Below are positions 49,646-51,939 of a stretch of DNA of 51,939 bases, piece by piece. The stretch comes from Chiloscyllium plagiosum. Taxonomy: Eukaryota. Both the position numbers and the translations under genes were made by a program. The notes beneath the pieces are model-generated. The model did no database searches and was not told where the DNA came from. It saw only the letters and a program-made list of their open reading frames with translations. Where the stretch lies: positions 41,771,275-41,823,213 of the forward strand of contig NC_057739.1 in the NCBI RefSeq assembly GCF_004010195.1, read 5' to 3'. Each line of letters opens with the position of its first letter. The first letter of the stretch is position 1.

Positions 49646-50166
49646 TGACAATTGACTACAGAATCGAGGCTGGTGCTGCAGTGCAGACACTGAGGGAATG
49701 TCGCACTGTCAAATGAGACACTGTCAACCAAGGCCACACTGGGCAGATGGAAAAGCTCCCAATTAGATTTGAAGTGGATGATAGAATGATAGGGTGGCAC
49801 AGTAGCTCAGTGGTTAGCACTGCTGCTTCACAGCTCAGGGATTGGCATATTGATCCCACAAACAAATCTAGTCAGTACTTTACGTGGCTTGCTTTTCTTT
49901 TATCTACTCACAGGATGTGGGCATCTCTAGCTAAACCAGCATTTATTATCCATTGCCCAGAGAGCAATTGTGGATCTGGAGTCACATGCAAGTCAGACCA
50001 GGCAAGAATGGCAAATTTCCACCCCTAAAAGGCATTAGTAAACCAGATGGGGTTTTCCAACAATCACTTCATGGTCATTGTTCAACTCTTAATTCCAGAT
50101 GCTTATTGAATTCAAGTTCCACCACCTGCCATTGTGGGATTTGAACGCAGGTCCTCAGAACATTAG

Positions 50167-50259
50167 AGCTGAAAATGTGTTGCTGGAAAAGCGCAGCAGG
50201 TCAGGCAGCATCCAAGGAGCAGGAGAATCGACGTTTCGGGCATGAGCCCTTCTTCAGGA
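50167..50259 (-). mobile_element. 93-nt PLE mini-element (family A)
   Basis: 10-bp TSD agaacattag. Minus strand starts TC-CTGAAGA-A-GGGC tcat GCCC-GAAACGTC. Confidence 0.88.
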
Positions 50260-50312
50260 AGAACATTAGCCAAGTTGTTGTGGTTCTGTTCGCCGAGCAG
50301 GGAATTTGTGTT

Positions 50313-50352
50313 GCAGACGTTTCATCCCCTGTCTAGGTGACATCCTCAGTGC
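50313..50352 (-). ncRNA. Minimal hammerhead ribozyme motif (family D)
   Basis: GCA-CTGAGGA-T-GTCACC tagaca GGGGAT-GAAA-CG-TC-TGC, stem I GCA/UGC. Confidence 0.75.
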
Positions 50353-50619
50353 TTGGGAGCCTCCTGTGAAGAGCTTCTGTGATGTTTCCTCCGGCATTTA
50401 TAGTGGTTTGTCTCTGCCGCTTCCGATTGTCTGTTCCAGCTGTCCGTTGCAGTGGTTGGTATATTGGGTCCAGGTCGATGTGATTATTGATTGAATCTGT
50501 GGATGAGTGCCATGCCTCTAGGAATTCCCTGGCTGTTCTCTGTTTGGCTTGTCCTATAATAATAGTGTTGTCCCAGTCGAACTCATGTTGCTTGTCACCT
50601 GCGTGTGTGGCTACTAAGG

Positions 50620-51027
50620 TAGCGTGGGCGGCACGGTGGCACAGTGGTTAGCACTGCTGCCTCACAGCGTCTGAGACCCGGGTTCAGTTCCCGCCTCAGG
50701 CTACTAAGGTAGCGTGGGCGGCACGGTGGCACAGTGGTTAGCACTGCTGCCTCACAGCGTCTGAGACCCGGGTTGAGTTCCCGCCTCAGGCGACTGACTG
50801 TGTGGAGTTTGCACGTTCTACCCGTGTCTGCGTGGGTTTCCTCCGGGTGCTCCGGTTTACCCCCACTGTCCAAAGATGTGCAGGTCAGGTGAATTGGCCA
50901 TGCTAAATTGCCCGTAGTGTTCGGTAAGGAGTAAATGCAGGGGTATGGGTGGGTTGCGCTTCGGCGGGTCGGTGTGGACTTGTTGGGCCGAAGGGCCTGT
51001 TTCCACACTGTAATGTAATCTAATCTA
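50620..51027 (+). mobile_element. Young HE1/V-SINE with 90-bp tandem duplication of its head
   Basis: CpG-intact A/B boxes, V domain, (TAATC)n tail. 50609-50698 repeated at 50699-50788. Confidence 0.92.
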
Positions 51028-51689
51028 AGGATAGCTGGTCGTGTCGTTTTGTGGCTAGTTGTTGTTCAAGGATGCATCCCCCCCCCAACCCCCAACAGCA
51101 GTGACTATGTTTTGAAACTTACTGGAAGGCGCTATATAAATGCAACACTTCAATACTGAGTATATGTCAAAAGATGGTACTGTACATAAAAGTCCACGTT
51201 ACATTTGCAACAATATTATAAGAATTCAAAGTATTACCTTTAACTCTCCGTACTTCAAGACTGTTCCTCCGAAGTTCGGCCTTTTGCAAAGCTCACCTGG
51301 AAAACTCGAAGCGGGACAGATAACACTGCCAGAATAAACTTTCTCAAACTGCTGGCCCCGCTCAGGCCAGGTCTAAAATTCCCTGAACAAGCAAAACTCC
51401 TCAGACCCGAGCAATGTCCGCTTCCTAAAATAGGCGCAGCTATAGATCAGAAAGAGAAAACGAAAGTTACACTTCACTTCCTGACCAGTAAATCCGGTTG
51501 GACTGTCACCGACTTTTCCAAAGAGAGGGGAGAGAGAAGGTCCCAACTTCCTGCCTCCTGCTCAATCCCTCCTCAACTCTGTCTCTCATCCCCCACTCTC
51601 CACTTCCTCCCAATCCTCTCATACCACAGCTGTCTCAAACTCCCTCTTTACCCCACTCTATTCCCCACCAACAAGGCCATCCTCCTGGC

Positions 51690-51939
51690 CGACAGATTCG
51701 CGACCTCCGCGGCTATGGGGAATAACTCTGTCTCTGTGGTCGCCGCAGCCACTTCCGCCCCCAGTGACGTCACTAACCTACACGACCACAACGCCGCATG
51801 GGTCTCCGCCCCCACGCCGATCTCCACGCCTAACCCCGCCCCCCCCGCCGGGTTTCGTCACCACGCCTAACCCCGCCCCCACGACGATCTCCGTCGCCAC
51901 GCCTAACCCCGCCCCCACGCCTAAATCCGTCACCACGTC
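51690..51939. promoter_or_regulatory. CpG-island promoter, probably of torsin C
   Basis: ETS-like CACTTCCG ~51750, palindromic CRE TGACGTCA 51765-72, multiple GC/KLF boxes. Confidence 0.65.
51824..51939. repeat. ~36-bp GC-rich minisatellite (3+ units)
   Basis: CCACGCCTAACCCCGCCCCC starts at ~51824, 51861 and 51897. Confidence 0.85.

Larger units (their letters stand above)
50270..51075 (-). mobile_element. Poseidon-like PLE 3' fragment split by a SINE
   Basis: QLATKRHDQL, KQHEFDWDNTIIIGQAKQRTAREFLEAWHS. Hammerhead at 50352-50313. Confidence 0.88.

Noticed and set aside
18462-50259. CRISPR-like or DNA-transposon (MITE) reading of the short palindromic repeats
   Set aside because: Eukaryotic DNA with dispersed rather than arrayed copies. 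Long variable TSDs and identity to PLE 3' ends indicate retro-origin.
3563-50790. tRNA genes
   Set aside because: The A/B-box sequences run on into SINE bodies and do not form complete cloverleaves.
51824-51910. Telomeric repeat (CCTAACCC)
   Set aside because: One partial motif per 36-bp unit and no (CCCTAA)n run.

Overview
Repeat-rich vertebrate genomic DNA, almost certainly from an elasmobranch (shark/ray), judged from HE1/V-SINE-type SINEs and typical CR1/L2 and Penelope repeats. The genic content is a head-to-tail cluster of three minus-strand torsin-1-like (ER AAA+ ATPase) genes. Torsin A is represented only by coding exon 1 (47-242) and continues off the left edge. Torsin B has 5 coding exons (23612 to 8518, 338 aa). 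Torsin C has 5 coding exons (44369 to 29689, 314 aa) and a probable promoter at about 51.7 kb. Internal exons of B and C measure 266/176/128 nt with matching phases. The paralogues diverge at functional sites. B has a canonical GKS Walker A, a GC-AG intron and a C-terminal -SKL. C lacks the separate cleavable signal peptide and has SS plus a one-residue deletion at the DYT1 EE helix. The most striking non-genic signal is at least four Penelope-like element (PLE) families whose 3' ends carry minimal type-I hammerhead ribozyme motifs, CUGANGA-N-stemII-GAAA-(CG/GC)-UH, with family-specific compensatory stems. About 20 intact or decayed copies occur, many as 90-250 nt TSD-flanked mini-elements or hairpins whose junctions cluster at the ribozyme core. 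Also present are solo LTRs, many CR1/L2 fragments, tRNA-derived SINEs and one 760-N assembly gap. Repeat boundaries were read by eye and are approximate unless a TSD is quoted.
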